From: Bdellovibrionales bacterium
GTDB taxonomy: Bacteria > Bdellovibrionota > Bdellovibrionia > Bdellovibrionales > JAGQZY01
Length of the DNA stretch: 64,000 nt
Direction: 5' to 3'
NCBI GenBank assembly: GCA_964230645.1
Contig: CAXRHT010000002.1
Coordinates: 1,152,001-1,216,000, forward strand
Positions 10,309 through 20,370 of this stretch are shown piece by piece (the stretch's first letter is position 1; every line of letters starts with the position of its first letter). The notes under the pieces were generated by a model, which saw only the letters and a program-made list of their open reading frames with translations, was not told the DNA's origin and made no database searches. The translations under genes and the position numbers were made by a program.

Positions 10309-12177
10309 ATGTTACAAAAAATAGCTCTCGCACTAGGCATTGAAAAACAGGCGTATTCGCTTCTGATTCAGTTTTATAATTTTTACGGATTTAAATGTAA
10401 AAAGCAACTTTCCTTATTGTTATTTGGTGCTGTTATTTCAGGCGTAATTGAAATCCTCGGTTTGATCCTTCTATACGTTCTTATACGACTGATGATTGAT
10501 TTTAAAGGGTTCGCTGAGAATCACACCCTCGTAAAAATCTTCAGTTTTTTCCACCTAGAAGACCCCAATATCATTATACCTATTTTCGGCGGCTTCATCC
10601 TTTCGATTTTCGTTTTTAAAAATGTTTACTTGATGTTTTACTACCTCCTTCAGCATAAAATTTTAAAGCAGTGGAAATTCGAAATTTCATCAAATTTGAT
10701 GGAACGTTATATAAAGGCACCATACACTTTTCTTCTATCATATAACTCTGCAACAATAATAAGAAACGTAAATTCGACAGTCACTACAGCCTTAAATGGG
10801 TTCGTTCTGTCGGCACTAAACTATTTTGCAAATTTAATAGCTGGGCTGATTGTACTATCCTTATTATGCTTGAGGTATTTAGAGGTCACCTTACTTATCG
10901 CGTTTATTCTAGCAATCTCAACTGTAATTCAAAATAAGTTTCTTCGAAAAAAACAGCAAGATCTTGGTCGCTTAAAGGAAGAATTAGCTAGTGAGCAAAC
11001 TAAAAGTGTCTATCAAGGTATTCACGCTGTAAAAGAAACCAAGGTGAGTGGAAAAGAGAAATACTTCTTGGACATTTTTAAACATATCAATAAGACGGCA
11101 ATCGATACGGAGTCGAAAGCATTGTTTTACACCCGTTTGCCCGCCCATACTACAGAGATAGTTATTGTCATATCGATAATAATAATTACTGTTTCGGTTT
11201 TGATGGATACAGCAGGAAATCTAGCACTTTCCCTTTCATCACTAGGAGTACTCGGAGCAATCGCATTTCGTTTGGCACCTATAATGAACAGACTAATTAG
11301 CGCTATGCAAGCGATGAACAAGAATAATCATTCTATGAAACTTCTATTTGCTGAAATTGAAAAACTAAAAAATCTTACCCTTGATTTCGCAGATAGATCT
11401 GAGGTGGTCCCTCTACCATTTGACCAAACTATCAAATTCGACAAAGTTCGCTTTAGATATCCCCGAGCAAAAGTGGACGCTCTTAAAAGTATCGATTTAA
11501 AGATTCAAAAAGGAGAGTTCATCGGTATTTTAGGAGAATCCGGAGCGGGCAAAACGACTTTAGTAGACATCTTTTTAGGCTTGCTTTCCCCCACACGAGG
11601 CTCCGTTTCTATAGATGATATTGAATTAACTATGGAAAACAATCAGGGATGGCAGAAAAATCTCGCTTACGTGCCTCAGAGTATATACCTGAGCGATTCT
11701 TCAATAGCTGAAAACATCGCTTTTGGTGTAGAAAAAAATAAAATTGATCGTAGCAGAGTACTGGAATGTGTAGAAGCGACAATGCTAAAGCCATTCGTTG
11801 AAAGCAAGAAGGAAGGTATAGATTTCATCGTTGGTGAAAACGGTAAAAGACTTTCTGGCGGTCAAAAGCAAAGAATTGGAATCGCAAGAGCTCTTTATAG
11901 TGGTGCTGAAGTCCTAGTTCTTGATGAAGCTACAGCAGCTTTAGATGTTCCAACAGAAGTTGAAATCACTAAGGCCATTAATAATATTAGGGAAAAGAAA
12001 ACTATATTAGTGATAGCTCATCGATTATCGACAATAATTGACGCCGATCGCCTCGTCTTTCTAAAGAATGGAGAGATAGAGGGAATTGGCCGATTTGATG
12101 AATTGTATAATAACTCGCCCGAATTCAACAAAATTGCAAAACTAGCAAAAATTAATCCAAGCTCAGAAATTCTCTAA
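10309..12177 (+). CDS. ABC transporter permease/ATPase, PglK/WlaB-like glycan flippase
   Basis: N-terminal TM domain, GESGAGKT, LSGGQKQR, DEAT, IAHRLST. Confidence 0.88.
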   Translation: MLQKIALALGIEKQAYSLLIQFYNFYGFKCKKQLSLLLFGAVISGVIEILGLILLYVLIRLMIDFKGFAENHTLVKIFSFFHLEDPNIIIPIFGGFILSIFVFKNVYLMFYYLLQHKILKQWKFEISSNLMERYIKAPYTFLLSYNSATIIRNVNSTVTTALNGFVLSALNYFANLIAGLIVLSLLCLRYLEVTLLIAFILAISTVIQNKFLRKKQQDLGRLKEELASEQTKSVYQGIHAVKETKVSGKEKYFLDIFKHINKTAIDTESKALFYTRLPAHTTEIVIVISIIIITVSVLMDTAGNLALSLSSLGVLGAIAFRLAPIMNRLISAMQAMNKNNHSMKLLFAEIEKLKNLTLDFADRSEVVPLPFDQTIKFDKVRFRYPRAKVDALKSIDLKIQKGEFIGILGESGAGKTTLVDIFLGLLSPTRGSVSIDDIELTMENNQGWQKNLAYVPQSIYLSDSSIAENIAFGVEKNKIDRSRVLECVEATMLKPFVESKKEGIDFIVGENGKRLSGGQKQRIGIARALYSGAEVLVLDEATAALDVPTEVEITKAINNIREKKTILVIAHRLSTIIDADRLVFLKNGEIEGIGRFDELYNNSPEFNKIAKLAKINPSSEIL

Positions 12178-14730
12178 GTGAATATAAAAAATGTGATTTT
12201 TAAAATTTTAAGTTCTTTAGAGAAACTTCGAAGCGAGTGGGGCTCAAAGACCGTCTCAGACTTTTTCGTATCAAATAAAAACCACCTTAAAGCAATAGCT
12301 GAACCGATTCTTGGAAATTATAGCAACCGACAACTTGAAAGCCTTATTGCTTCAATAACCACCTACAGGTGGGTAAACAAACAGATACTATTAATAGTGG
12401 TGAAGTATCTCTATCACGTAAGAGGCCGTTTTTCTTATATTTATTCTCTCCCCATAGATCTCGTGAATAACATACCTTTTCTAACCCGAGTACAGGAAGA
12501 CCATCATTTATTTAAGAATGATTTTGATGTAATTCATAAAAAGGAGTTAGATTATACTCCCGTCGGACATGTTCTCTATATTAGCGCTTCAAGCTTATTA
12601 AATAGTCTAAATGGCTATGCTAATAGGAGCCATCAAATTGCAAAATCGATTGTTGAGCAGGGGAATACCGTGACGCTCCTTAGCTTTGCAACGAAAACGA
12701 TCGATGAACTGAAAGAACGCCGAATTATCGATGGTGTCGAGTATGTTACTTATTACTTTTCTCCCCAAGAACTCCAGAGCGGGATTATTTCAAATTCCTA
12801 TTATCTCTCCCAGTTTATAGAAACTGAAGCCAGGCGAAACAAAAGTTCAGTTATTCATGCTGGATCTAATTACGAAAATGCACTGCCGGGGTTCGTCGCC
12901 AGTAAAAAAGTTGGTATTCCCTTTATTTACGAAGCTCGTGGTCTTTGGCATTATACCAAAGCGACCCTGCAGGCCGACTGGCAGGAATCAGAACGGTTTA
13001 AATTAGCCGAGAAGATGGAAAAGTTGTTAATGGAACGGGCTGATGTGGTCTTTTCGATCTCAAGTCAGCTTCGCAATTTTATTACGAAAAAATACTCGAT
13101 TGAGCCCAGTAAGGTATTTCTGTTGAAAAACAGCGTACCAAGCTTAATTGGAGAGTTTCACAAACCGCAAAAAAAATCTGAGCCTTTTATTTTAGGTTAC
13201 CTAGGAAGTCTAACGGGTTATGAGGGGGTAGATTCTCTTCTGGAAGCTCTATCTTTGGCAAAGAAATCAGCTCATTCAATCAAGTTGCGCATCGGTGGCG
13301 AAGGCGTCCAGCGACAAGGACTTGAGATACATGCAAAAAAGTTGAATCTTTCTACTGAGGTTGAGTTTCTGGGGACGATCAACCGTGATCAGATTGACGA
13401 TTTTTATGAACAAGTTGATTTGATGGTATATCCGAGAAAGTCTTCACAACTCACCGAACTTATCCCTCCAATGAAAGTCTTGGAACCTGCGTGTTTTCAG
13501 ACTCTCACGTTAACTTCAAACCTTGCGCCTATTGTGGAAATTTGTGAATGCATTCCTACTATTGTTACTGCTGATCTCACTACACCAAAAAAAATCCTAA
13601 AAAATGTTTTAACGATCAAAAAGAATTTTGATACGCTTCAAAGTCAGTTCAAGACCTTTGATTTCAAAGAACACACCTGGAAAGTGCAGGCAAAAAACTA
13701 CATCAAGACTTTAGATACAGCCTTGAGCCTTGAGTTGTCTTCCAAGCCATATCTTTTACCAAAGAAAAATATATTATTTGCGTCTCATGACCTGAAGTTT
13801 ATTAAATTTTTACTCCCTTTACTCGAAGAGAACTATGATGTTTCAATTAGCGACTGGCTCGGTCATAATAAAGCGAAAGATTTAAATAGTGAAAAAAGTT
13901 TAGCTCAAAATAGCGATATAATTTTTTGTGAATGGGGACTCGGAAACCTTGTATTTCATTCAAGAGAGAAGAAAGACAACCAGGTTTTAATTACTCGTAT
14001 TCATGCTCAAGAGTTTCGTACCGATTACCTCAGTCGAGTCATATGGAATAAGGTAGATCACGTAATTTTGGTCTCTGAAGTTTATAAGAATAATTTCTTG
14101 AAACTTTCGAGAATGAGCCCTGAAAAGATTTCGATTATCCCCAATTACTCTAACCCTAATATTCAGTTTACCCCGAGGAGCGCACCTTTTAGGAAAATTG
14201 GATTAGTTGGTGCAATTCCTCGAAATAAAAGACTAGATCTTGCATTAGAACTTATCGAGGGTCTAAATTCTGTGTCTGAAGACTATGAACTACACATCTT
14301 AAGTAAAAAACCAGAAGAGCTTTCTTGGGTCAAGAATAACCGTTCGGAGATGAAATACTTTAAGAAATGTCTCATGGATTTGGAATCTTTAAAGAAGTCT
14401 GGGGTCAAAATATTTTGGCATGACTTTACCGATAAGCCAGAAGAGTTTTATGATAAAGTCGATGTTGTTATCTCTGTAAGTGATCGTGAATCCTTTCATA
14501 TGACAATTGCTGATGGCTTGGCTAGCGGCTGCTTCCCAGCTATTTTAGAGTGGCCTGGTGCTCGTTCTATTTATGATGAGAGGTTTATCCGATCTAATCT
14601 TACAGATCTTAAAGATCTCATTGTTAGCTTTAGCAGTGAGTATTCAACAAACTCCGTTATTGAGCCTTTAGCCGATGAATTCAAAATTGATAAAGTAAAA
14701 CAGAAATTTCTATCAGTGCTTGAGTCTTGA
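12178..14730 (+). CDS. Two-domain GT-B (family 4) glycosyltransferase
   Basis: YEARGLW, GYLGSLTGYEG, PMKVLE, second GT-B half with CEWGLGN and RESFH. Confidence 0.8.
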   Translation: MNIKNVIFKILSSLEKLRSEWGSKTVSDFFVSNKNHLKAIAEPILGNYSNRQLESLIASITTYRWVNKQILLIVVKYLYHVRGRFSYIYSLPIDLVNNIPFLTRVQEDHHLFKNDFDVIHKKELDYTPVGHVLYISASSLLNSLNGYANRSHQIAKSIVEQGNTVTLLSFATKTIDELKERRIIDGVEYVTYYFSPQELQSGIISNSYYLSQFIETEARRNKSSVIHAGSNYENALPGFVASKKVGIPFIYEARGLWHYTKATLQADWQESERFKLAEKMEKLLMERADVVFSISSQLRNFITKKYSIEPSKVFLLKNSVPSLIGEFHKPQKKSEPFILGYLGSLTGYEGVDSLLEALSLAKKSAHSIKLRIGGEGVQRQGLEIHAKKLNLSTEVEFLGTINRDQIDDFYEQVDLMVYPRKSSQLTELIPPMKVLEPACFQTLTLTSNLAPIVEICECIPTIVTADLTTPKKILKNVLTIKKNFDTLQSQFKTFDFKEHTWKVQAKNYIKTLDTALSLELSSKPYLLPKKNILFASHDLKFIKFLLPLLEENYDVSISDWLGHNKAKDLNSEKSLAQNSDIIFCEWGLGNLVFHSREKKDNQVLITRIHAQEFRTDYLSRVIWNKVDHVILVSEVYKNNFLKLSRMSPEKISIIPNYSNPNIQFTPRSAPFRKIGLVGAIPRNKRLDLALELIEGLNSVSEDYELHILSKKPEELSWVKNNRSEMKYFKKCLMDLESLKKSGVKIFWHDFTDKPEEFYDKVDVVISVSDRESFHMTIADGLASGCFPAILEWPGARSIYDERFIRSNLTDLKDLIVSFSSEYSTNSVIEPLADEFKIDKVKQKFLSVLES

Positions 14731-15957
14731 ATTCTTTTTTGATCTTGCTAGTGAGGCGATTAAGCTAGCAAAAAATATGAAGGTATGATTTATCTCGGCA
14801 TCTTTGAATGCACATTCTGTAAGATTCCCTACTAATATAGTAACAAACAGGGTCAATGTTCCAATCGCTATATATTTATTTTTCCCATCAATGATCAGAT
14901 TATAATTCTTTTTAAGTAAGACGAAAATAAAGCCTAAATAAAAAAGTAGACCAAAAATACCTGTACCAACTAGGAATTGCAGGTAATCATTATGGGCGTG
15001 GGATTCGTGACCGTCTACTATCCCCAGTTTATCAAAATATTTTCCGATGAGCACATCATTGTATTCATAACCAACACCCAACCATGGGTGATCTTTGAAC
15101 ATGGCCCAGTTAGCGCGCCAGATTTCAATTCGTTCTGAGTTGCTGTTGTCTTGGAAATTAACGACTGATGTGATTCTGTTTTGGAAATCGCTATCGGCTA
15201 ATGCTAGGGCTACCACAAAAATTGGACCTAGAACCAATAAGATTTTTACGAGTTTCTTATTGATGAAATAGGCGGCCACTAGAATTCCGAAGGCTAGAGC
15301 GATCCATACACCTCTAGAGTAACTTGTTACAATACTTGCGAATACTATGAGGCTTGTGAGACTATAGAGTAAGAAGAATTTATTCTTAATTCCTTTTTCG
15401 AAGAAGACTCTGGCAGCTTGGGCAAAAAGTATACAGAAAAAGCCTGAGTACACATAGCCGTAGGTTAATGGATTATTGAAAAAACCGATGGAGCGAAATC
15501 TTAGGACTCCACCCTCGTCAATTGCTTTTGAGAAAACGAAGTTTTCATCTCTTAAAAGGTCAAGACCTGTCCAGAACTGGGTGAATGCAAAAAAAGCGAC
15601 TAAGCCAACTAAGGGTGTGAAGTATGGTAGCAGCTTTTTAAATTTCACCGGGAAATTAATCTCTCTCATTAGATTAAAGATAAAATAATAGACGAAAACC
15701 CATCGAAGCTTTCCGATGCCGTGAATGAGATGCTTTTGCGGTAGATCGTTTTGAAAGGCACTAATAACGCCCACCGTAAATAGTCCTAGAGCTGGCCAAA
15801 ACCCCACTGGTACTCTCCAGTCAGTCTTCTGTCTGGATACCATAAGGACAAGGCCAATAATGCATAGAAGAGAGGAGGCCATCTCCATGACCCCTAATGA
15901 GATTGGAAGAGCAAATAAATATACTGAAAGTAGAAAAACTAAAACGGTTTGTAGCAT
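14713..15957 (-). CDS. O-antigen ligase family (WaaL/Wzy_C)
   Basis: Multiple TMs, SYSRGVW, R-x-x-IW, PWLGVG, HAHNDYLQ. Confidence 0.85.
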   Translation of the reverse strand: MLQTVLVFLLSVYLFALPISLGVMEMASSLLCIIGLVLMVSRQKTDWRVPVGFWPALGLFTVGVISAFQNDLPQKHLIHGIGKLRWVFVYYFIFNLMREINFPVKFKKLLPYFTPLVGLVAFFAFTQFWTGLDLLRDENFVFSKAIDEGGVLRFRSIGFFNNPLTYGYVYSGFFCILFAQAARVFFEKGIKNKFFLLYSLTSLIVFASIVTSYSRGVWIALAFGILVAAYFINKKLVKILLVLGPIFVVALALADSDFQNRITSVVNFQDNSNSERIEIWRANWAMFKDHPWLGVGYEYNDVLIGKYFDKLGIVDGHESHAHNDYLQFLVGTGIFGLLFYLGFIFVLLKKNYNLIIDGKNKYIAIGTLTLFVTILVGNLTECAFKDAEINHTFIFFASLIASLARSKKNSRLKH

Positions 15958-17889
15958 TTAGCTCACTTCTTTAGTTGTTGAATGGTTTCCTATATAAGTC
16001 TTATGCCAAAGGACAAAATTGTAAAGGTACCAGAGCTGGTTGGCTTTTTTCTGCTCAATGAGACCTTCTATGTATTCAGGATTAAAATATTTCGTTTCCT
16101 TAGCAAAGCTTCTGATTTCAGCCTTCATTTCATCACCCAGGCGCTCTAAAAGCCACTCGTGGACTGGAACGCCGAATCCCTGTTTTTTTCGATCGATAAT
16201 CTTATCAGGAATGAGGCCTCGTACGGCTTTTTTTAGGATGTATTTACTAATGCCTCGTTTCGTTTTTTTGCCTGTGGGTATTCCCATGGCGTACTCAATG
16301 AACTCGTGATCAAGGAATGGGACCCTGGCTTCAAGGCTTACTCCCATGCTCATTTTATCGACTCTCATCAATAGGAGCTCTGGAAGTCTTAGCTTTAAGT
16401 CAAGGTAGGACATCCAGTTGAGATTGGTGGGTCTTTTACATGTGGCTTTGAATTTTTCAAAATGGGTTTTAACTACATCCCAGGATGATATTTTTCCAAG
16501 GCGATTTTTAAACTCTTTACTGAGAAGTTGCTGTTTCTGAGTTTCGGTAAAGGCCTCAGCCCCTCCCCAGAATACGGGTTGACCTTCTACACCTCTTCTT
16601 AAGAGTTCATAAGACTCGGTTTTCTCTTTTCCAGAGAGCTTTAAAAGTTTGAGGGCACCCTTTTTAAAGATGTTTGGTACTGGAAAGTCATTGAGTTGCG
16701 CGAGATAGTATTTAGCCTGCCAACTTCTATAGCCCCAAAAAAGCTCGTCAGCGCCTTCGCCTACTTGGCAAACAGTGACTCCGTTATCTCTTGCTAATTT
16801 TGATACATAGTAAACGGGAACACATACTGGATCAGCAATGGGCTCATCTTGAAGCTCGATCATTTTAGGAAGAAAGTCTAAGAGGTCATCGACTGTGAGC
16901 CTTTTTTCAAAGTGATCAGATTTTATAAGATCTGCGACCTCTTTAGCAAAATGAAGCTCGTTCTTGTAACTTCCATAATCGCTGTCATAACCTATGGAGA
17001 AAGTCTTAATCTTTTCTTTTCCTTTATCGGAGAAAAGAGCGGCGTTGGTACTTGAATCAATACCACCTGAGAGAAAAACCCCTACTGGCACATCTCCAAT
17101 TTTTCTGTACTCCACTGCTTTTTTTAATTTTTCAATAGTTCCCTTGGTGATTTTCTCTTCATCATCAGTGTCCATGGGCTTAACGTTATCAAAGACGTCC
17201 CAGTAGGGCTCTGAGGTCGGTTCATTTCCATTTTTGATAAGCATCTTGTGGCCACTAGGAAGTTTACTTATTCCTTTGAAAAGAGTTTCAGGCGCTGGTG
17301 TCGTGAGAAAGGAGAGAAAATGGTAAAAGGCTTTTTCGTTAACCTCAGGAGTGTAGGCTGGATCTTTAAGAAGGGCCTTAATTTCTGATGCGAAGACAAA
17401 GCGCCCATCCTGAATCGTATAATAAAGGGGCTTTATGCCCATACGATCCCTGGCTACAAACAATTCTTTTTTCTGATCATCCCAAATGGCGAAAGCAAAC
17501 ATGCCTTTGAAATGATTGAGGCAATCTTCGCCCCAATGAATATAGGATTGGAGAAGGACTTCGGTGTCAGAGTGATCGGTTTGCCAGTCTGTGATTCCTA
17601 GTTTTATTAATTCTTCTTTGATCTCTGAATGATTATAGATTTCGCCGTTAAAGGTAAGAGCGTAACGGCCATCAGAACTTAGCATGGGCTGAGAGGCTTT
17701 CTCTGAGAGATCAATGATTGATAGTCTTCTGTGAGCTAAGCCCACTTCTTTTTCGTTATTGATCCAAAGGCCACATCCATCGGGGCCCCGATGGATCATG
17801 GTGTCGCGCATGTTAATTAGGTAAGGCTCATCAATTTGAAATTGATTACGGCTGGGTTGAAATTGGAAACTTCCTGCAACACCACACAC
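15958..17889 (-). CDS. asnB: Asparagine synthase-like glutamine amidotransferase (sugar amidation)
   Basis: N-terminal Cys (MCGVAG), HRGPD, NGEIYN, SGGIDS, LEARVPFLD. Confidence 0.9.
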   Translation of the reverse strand: MCGVAGSFQFQPSRNQFQIDEPYLINMRDTMIHRGPDGCGLWINNEKEVGLAHRRLSIIDLSEKASQPMLSSDGRYALTFNGEIYNHSEIKEELIKLGITDWQTDHSDTEVLLQSYIHWGEDCLNHFKGMFAFAIWDDQKKELFVARDRMGIKPLYYTIQDGRFVFASEIKALLKDPAYTPEVNEKAFYHFLSFLTTPAPETLFKGISKLPSGHKMLIKNGNEPTSEPYWDVFDNVKPMDTDDEEKITKGTIEKLKKAVEYRKIGDVPVGVFLSGGIDSSTNAALFSDKGKEKIKTFSIGYDSDYGSYKNELHFAKEVADLIKSDHFEKRLTVDDLLDFLPKMIELQDEPIADPVCVPVYYVSKLARDNGVTVCQVGEGADELFWGYRSWQAKYYLAQLNDFPVPNIFKKGALKLLKLSGKEKTESYELLRRGVEGQPVFWGGAEAFTETQKQQLLSKEFKNRLGKISSWDVVKTHFEKFKATCKRPTNLNWMSYLDLKLRLPELLLMRVDKMSMGVSLEARVPFLDHEFIEYAMGIPTGKKTKRGISKYILKKAVRGLIPDKIIDRKKQGFGVPVHEWLLERLGDEMKAEIRSFAKETKYFNPEYIEGLIEQKKANQLWYLYNFVLWHKTYIGNHSTTKEVS

Positions 17890-17898
17890 GTTTTAATC

Positions 17899-19143
17899 TC
17901 AACGAATCATTCCGCGGGTATCAATCAAGCTTTTGCCTTTTACATCTCCGAGACCAAGGTGAGAGAAGGCTTGATGATCAACCAGAAGTGCCACCACATC
18001 ACTTTGCTTGAGAGCTTCGCTTGTTTCAGCAAGTGTTACGTTATCAAACTCTTTTAGCTCTTGTGGTAGCTCATCTACATGGGGTTCAACGGCTAGGACT
18101 TGAACTCCTTCTTTGGCCAAGCTTTTAACTATTTGTACAGCCGGGCTTTCCCTTAGATCGTCAATATTTGGTTTGAACGCTAATCCTAAGCAGGCCACTT
18201 TTGTATTCTTTGTATCCATGGCTTTCATTATCTTTTTAACGACATAGTGAGGTTTACCATCGTTCACTTTTCTAGCGGTGTGAATAAGCTGAGCTTCCTC
18301 CGGTGTCTTGTTAACTATAAACCATGGGTCCACAGAAATGCAGTGGCCACCAACCCCTGGGCCTGGCTGAAGGATATTGACTCGTGGGTGATGGTTGGCA
18401 AGCTTTATAAGCTCCCACACATCGATATCAAGTTTGTCGCAAATTAACGAAAGTTCATTTGCAAAAGCGATACTTACATCTCTTGATGCATTTTCTGTGA
18501 GTTTACACATCTCTGCCGTTCTAGCGTTTGTAGGAATACAGTGGCCCTCGACAAAAGAGCGGTAAAACTCTATGGCCTTTTTTGTACATTCGGGAGTCAC
18601 CCCACCTATAACACGGTCATTTGATTTTAGCTCTTCAATGACTTTTCCTGGAAGTACACGCTCAGGACAATAAGCTAGAGCAACATCGCTCTTGTCATTA
18701 TCACCCATAGGAAATTTTAAATCACTTCTAAGATCTTTTAAAATCTTTGCCATCCATTCCGTTGTCCCGACGGGAGAGGTCGACTCTAAAAGGACGAGAT
18801 TTCCTTTTTCTAAAACAGGGGCAATCTTTTGAAGAGCCGATTCGATATAGGAAAGATCTGGTTCATGATTTTCTTTAAATGGTGTTGGCACGGCGATCAC
18901 AAAAATGTCAGCTTTTTCGGCTTCCAAAGAGGCAATCAACAGCTTTTTATCAACTACAGCTCTGACCATCTCCTCAAGACCTGGTTCGACTACATTTACG
19001 TTTCCATTGTTAACTGAATTTACAATTTTATCTGATACATCAAGGCCCAATACCTTAATACCTTTATGGGCTACTACTGTTGCTGTAGGCAAACCGATGT
19101 AACCCAGCCCTACCACTGCCACTTTTTCAAACGAATAATTCAT
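17899..19143 (-). CDS. wecC: UDP-N-acetyl-D-mannosamine dehydrogenase
   Basis: GLGYIGLP, YCPERVLPG, GPGVGGHC, DDLRESP; start MNYSF. Confidence 0.92.
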   Translation of the reverse strand: MNYSFEKVAVVGLGYIGLPTATVVAHKGIKVLGLDVSDKIVNSVNNGNVNVVEPGLEEMVRAVVDKKLLIASLEAEKADIFVIAVPTPFKENHEPDLSYIESALQKIAPVLEKGNLVLLESTSPVGTTEWMAKILKDLRSDLKFPMGDNDKSDVALAYCPERVLPGKVIEELKSNDRVIGGVTPECTKKAIEFYRSFVEGHCIPTNARTAEMCKLTENASRDVSIAFANELSLICDKLDIDVWELIKLANHHPRVNILQPGPGVGGHCISVDPWFIVNKTPEEAQLIHTARKVNDGKPHYVVKKIMKAMDTKNTKVACLGLAFKPNIDDLRESPAVQIVKSLAKEGVQVLAVEPHVDELPQELKEFDNVTLAETSEALKQSDVVALLVDHQAFSHLGLGDVKGKSLIDTRGMIR

Positions 19144-20254
19144 CTTTGACTCTCTTGAGAATGCGATCGGTGGCTTTACCGTCGCCGTAGGGGTTATGGG
19201 ATCGACTGGTTGCAAGATAGGCCTCCTTGTCATCAAGTAGCTTGGTGGTGGACTTAACAATTAAGTCGTAATCCGTTCCAACGAGTTTTACGGTGCCCGC
19301 TTCCACGGCCTCGGGGCGCTCGGTGGTGTTTCTTGTTACTAACACTGGTTTTCCTAATGAGGGGGCTTCTTCCTGAACGCCACCAGAGTCAGTGATAATA
19401 ATATGGGAGTCTTTCATTAAAAATACAAAATCATTGTAATCAAGGGGCGAGATTAGGTGGATATTTTCTTTGTCTCCTAAATACTCTTCCACAGGACCTT
19501 TTACATTGGGATTTAAATGCACTGGATAAACGATTTCTACGTCATCTCTTTCGGCAATTTTCGCTAGAGCACTGCACATATTTTTTAAGCCCTCGCCAAA
19601 GTTTTCTCTTCTGTGCCCTGTGACAAGTAGAAGGTTTTTTTCAGTTTTAGCGAAAGGATAATCTTTGTAAAATCGAGATTTAAAAGCTTCGTCTTTTTCC
19701 AGTTGATCAAGAGTTATGAAAAGTGCGTCGATCACTGTGTTTCCTGTGACTTCGATATCACTATCGGGAACACCCTCTTTTAAAAGATTATTTTTAGATT
19801 TCTCAGTAGGTGCAAAATGAAGTTTTGTAATTAGGCCCGCTACCCTTCTGTTGAACTCTTCAGGCCAAGGAGAATAAAGGTTTCCTGTTCTAAGGCCCGC
19901 TTCTACGTGAGCCACTGGGATTTGTTTAAAGAACGCTGCCATGGAGCCTGCAGCTGTTGTGGCGGTATCCCCATGAACTAGGATCATATCGGGCTTAGCT
20001 TCATCGATAACTTTTGAGAGTCCATCAAGGACTCGGGCGTAAACCTGTGGAAGTTGGGGATGGCCACTCATCACTTCAAGGTTGTAATCCGCTTTGAGAT
20101 CAAAAAAGTCCATAACTTGTGAGAGCATCTCTTGGTGCTGACCAGAAAGACAGGTGATGGCTTCAACATCGGGGTCTTCTTTGAGCCCCTTAACCACGGG
20201 AGCCATTTTGATAGCCTCTGGGCGGGTCCCAAAAACTGTCATGACTTTCTTCAT
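19127..20254 (-). CDS. wecB: UDP-GlcNAc 2-epimerase (non-hydrolysing)
   Basis: GTRPEAIKMAP, HVEAGLR, TDSGGVQEEAP. Confidence 0.95.
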   Translation of the reverse strand: MKKVMTVFGTRPEAIKMAPVVKGLKEDPDVEAITCLSGQHQEMLSQVMDFFDLKADYNLEVMSGHPQLPQVYARVLDGLSKVIDEAKPDMILVHGDTATTAAGSMAAFFKQIPVAHVEAGLRTGNLYSPWPEEFNRRVAGLITKLHFAPTEKSKNNLLKEGVPDSDIEVTGNTVIDALFITLDQLEKDEAFKSRFYKDYPFAKTEKNLLLVTGHRRENFGEGLKNMCSALAKIAERDDVEIVYPVHLNPNVKGPVEEYLGDKENIHLISPLDYNDFVFLMKDSHIIITDSGGVQEEAPSLGKPVLVTRNTTERPEAVEAGTVKLVGTDYDLIVKSTTKLLDDKEAYLATSRSHNPYGDGKATDRILKRVKDELFV

Positions 20255-20370
20255 CCATTTTCTCCTGTTGAAACCTTTGAAAATTAATTTAAATAGGGGG
20301 CAGATTCAATCAATTCACCCTTGATGCGGCGCCATCAAGTAAGACATGAGCACCAGTTTTCTAGCCCCTT

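Noticed and set aside
17899..19260. Long N-terminal extensions in ORF-track calls (wecC, also rmlB, rpsE, rplP, rplW, fusA)
   Set aside because: Result from first-start ORF calling; downstream starts match family N-termini and RBS positions
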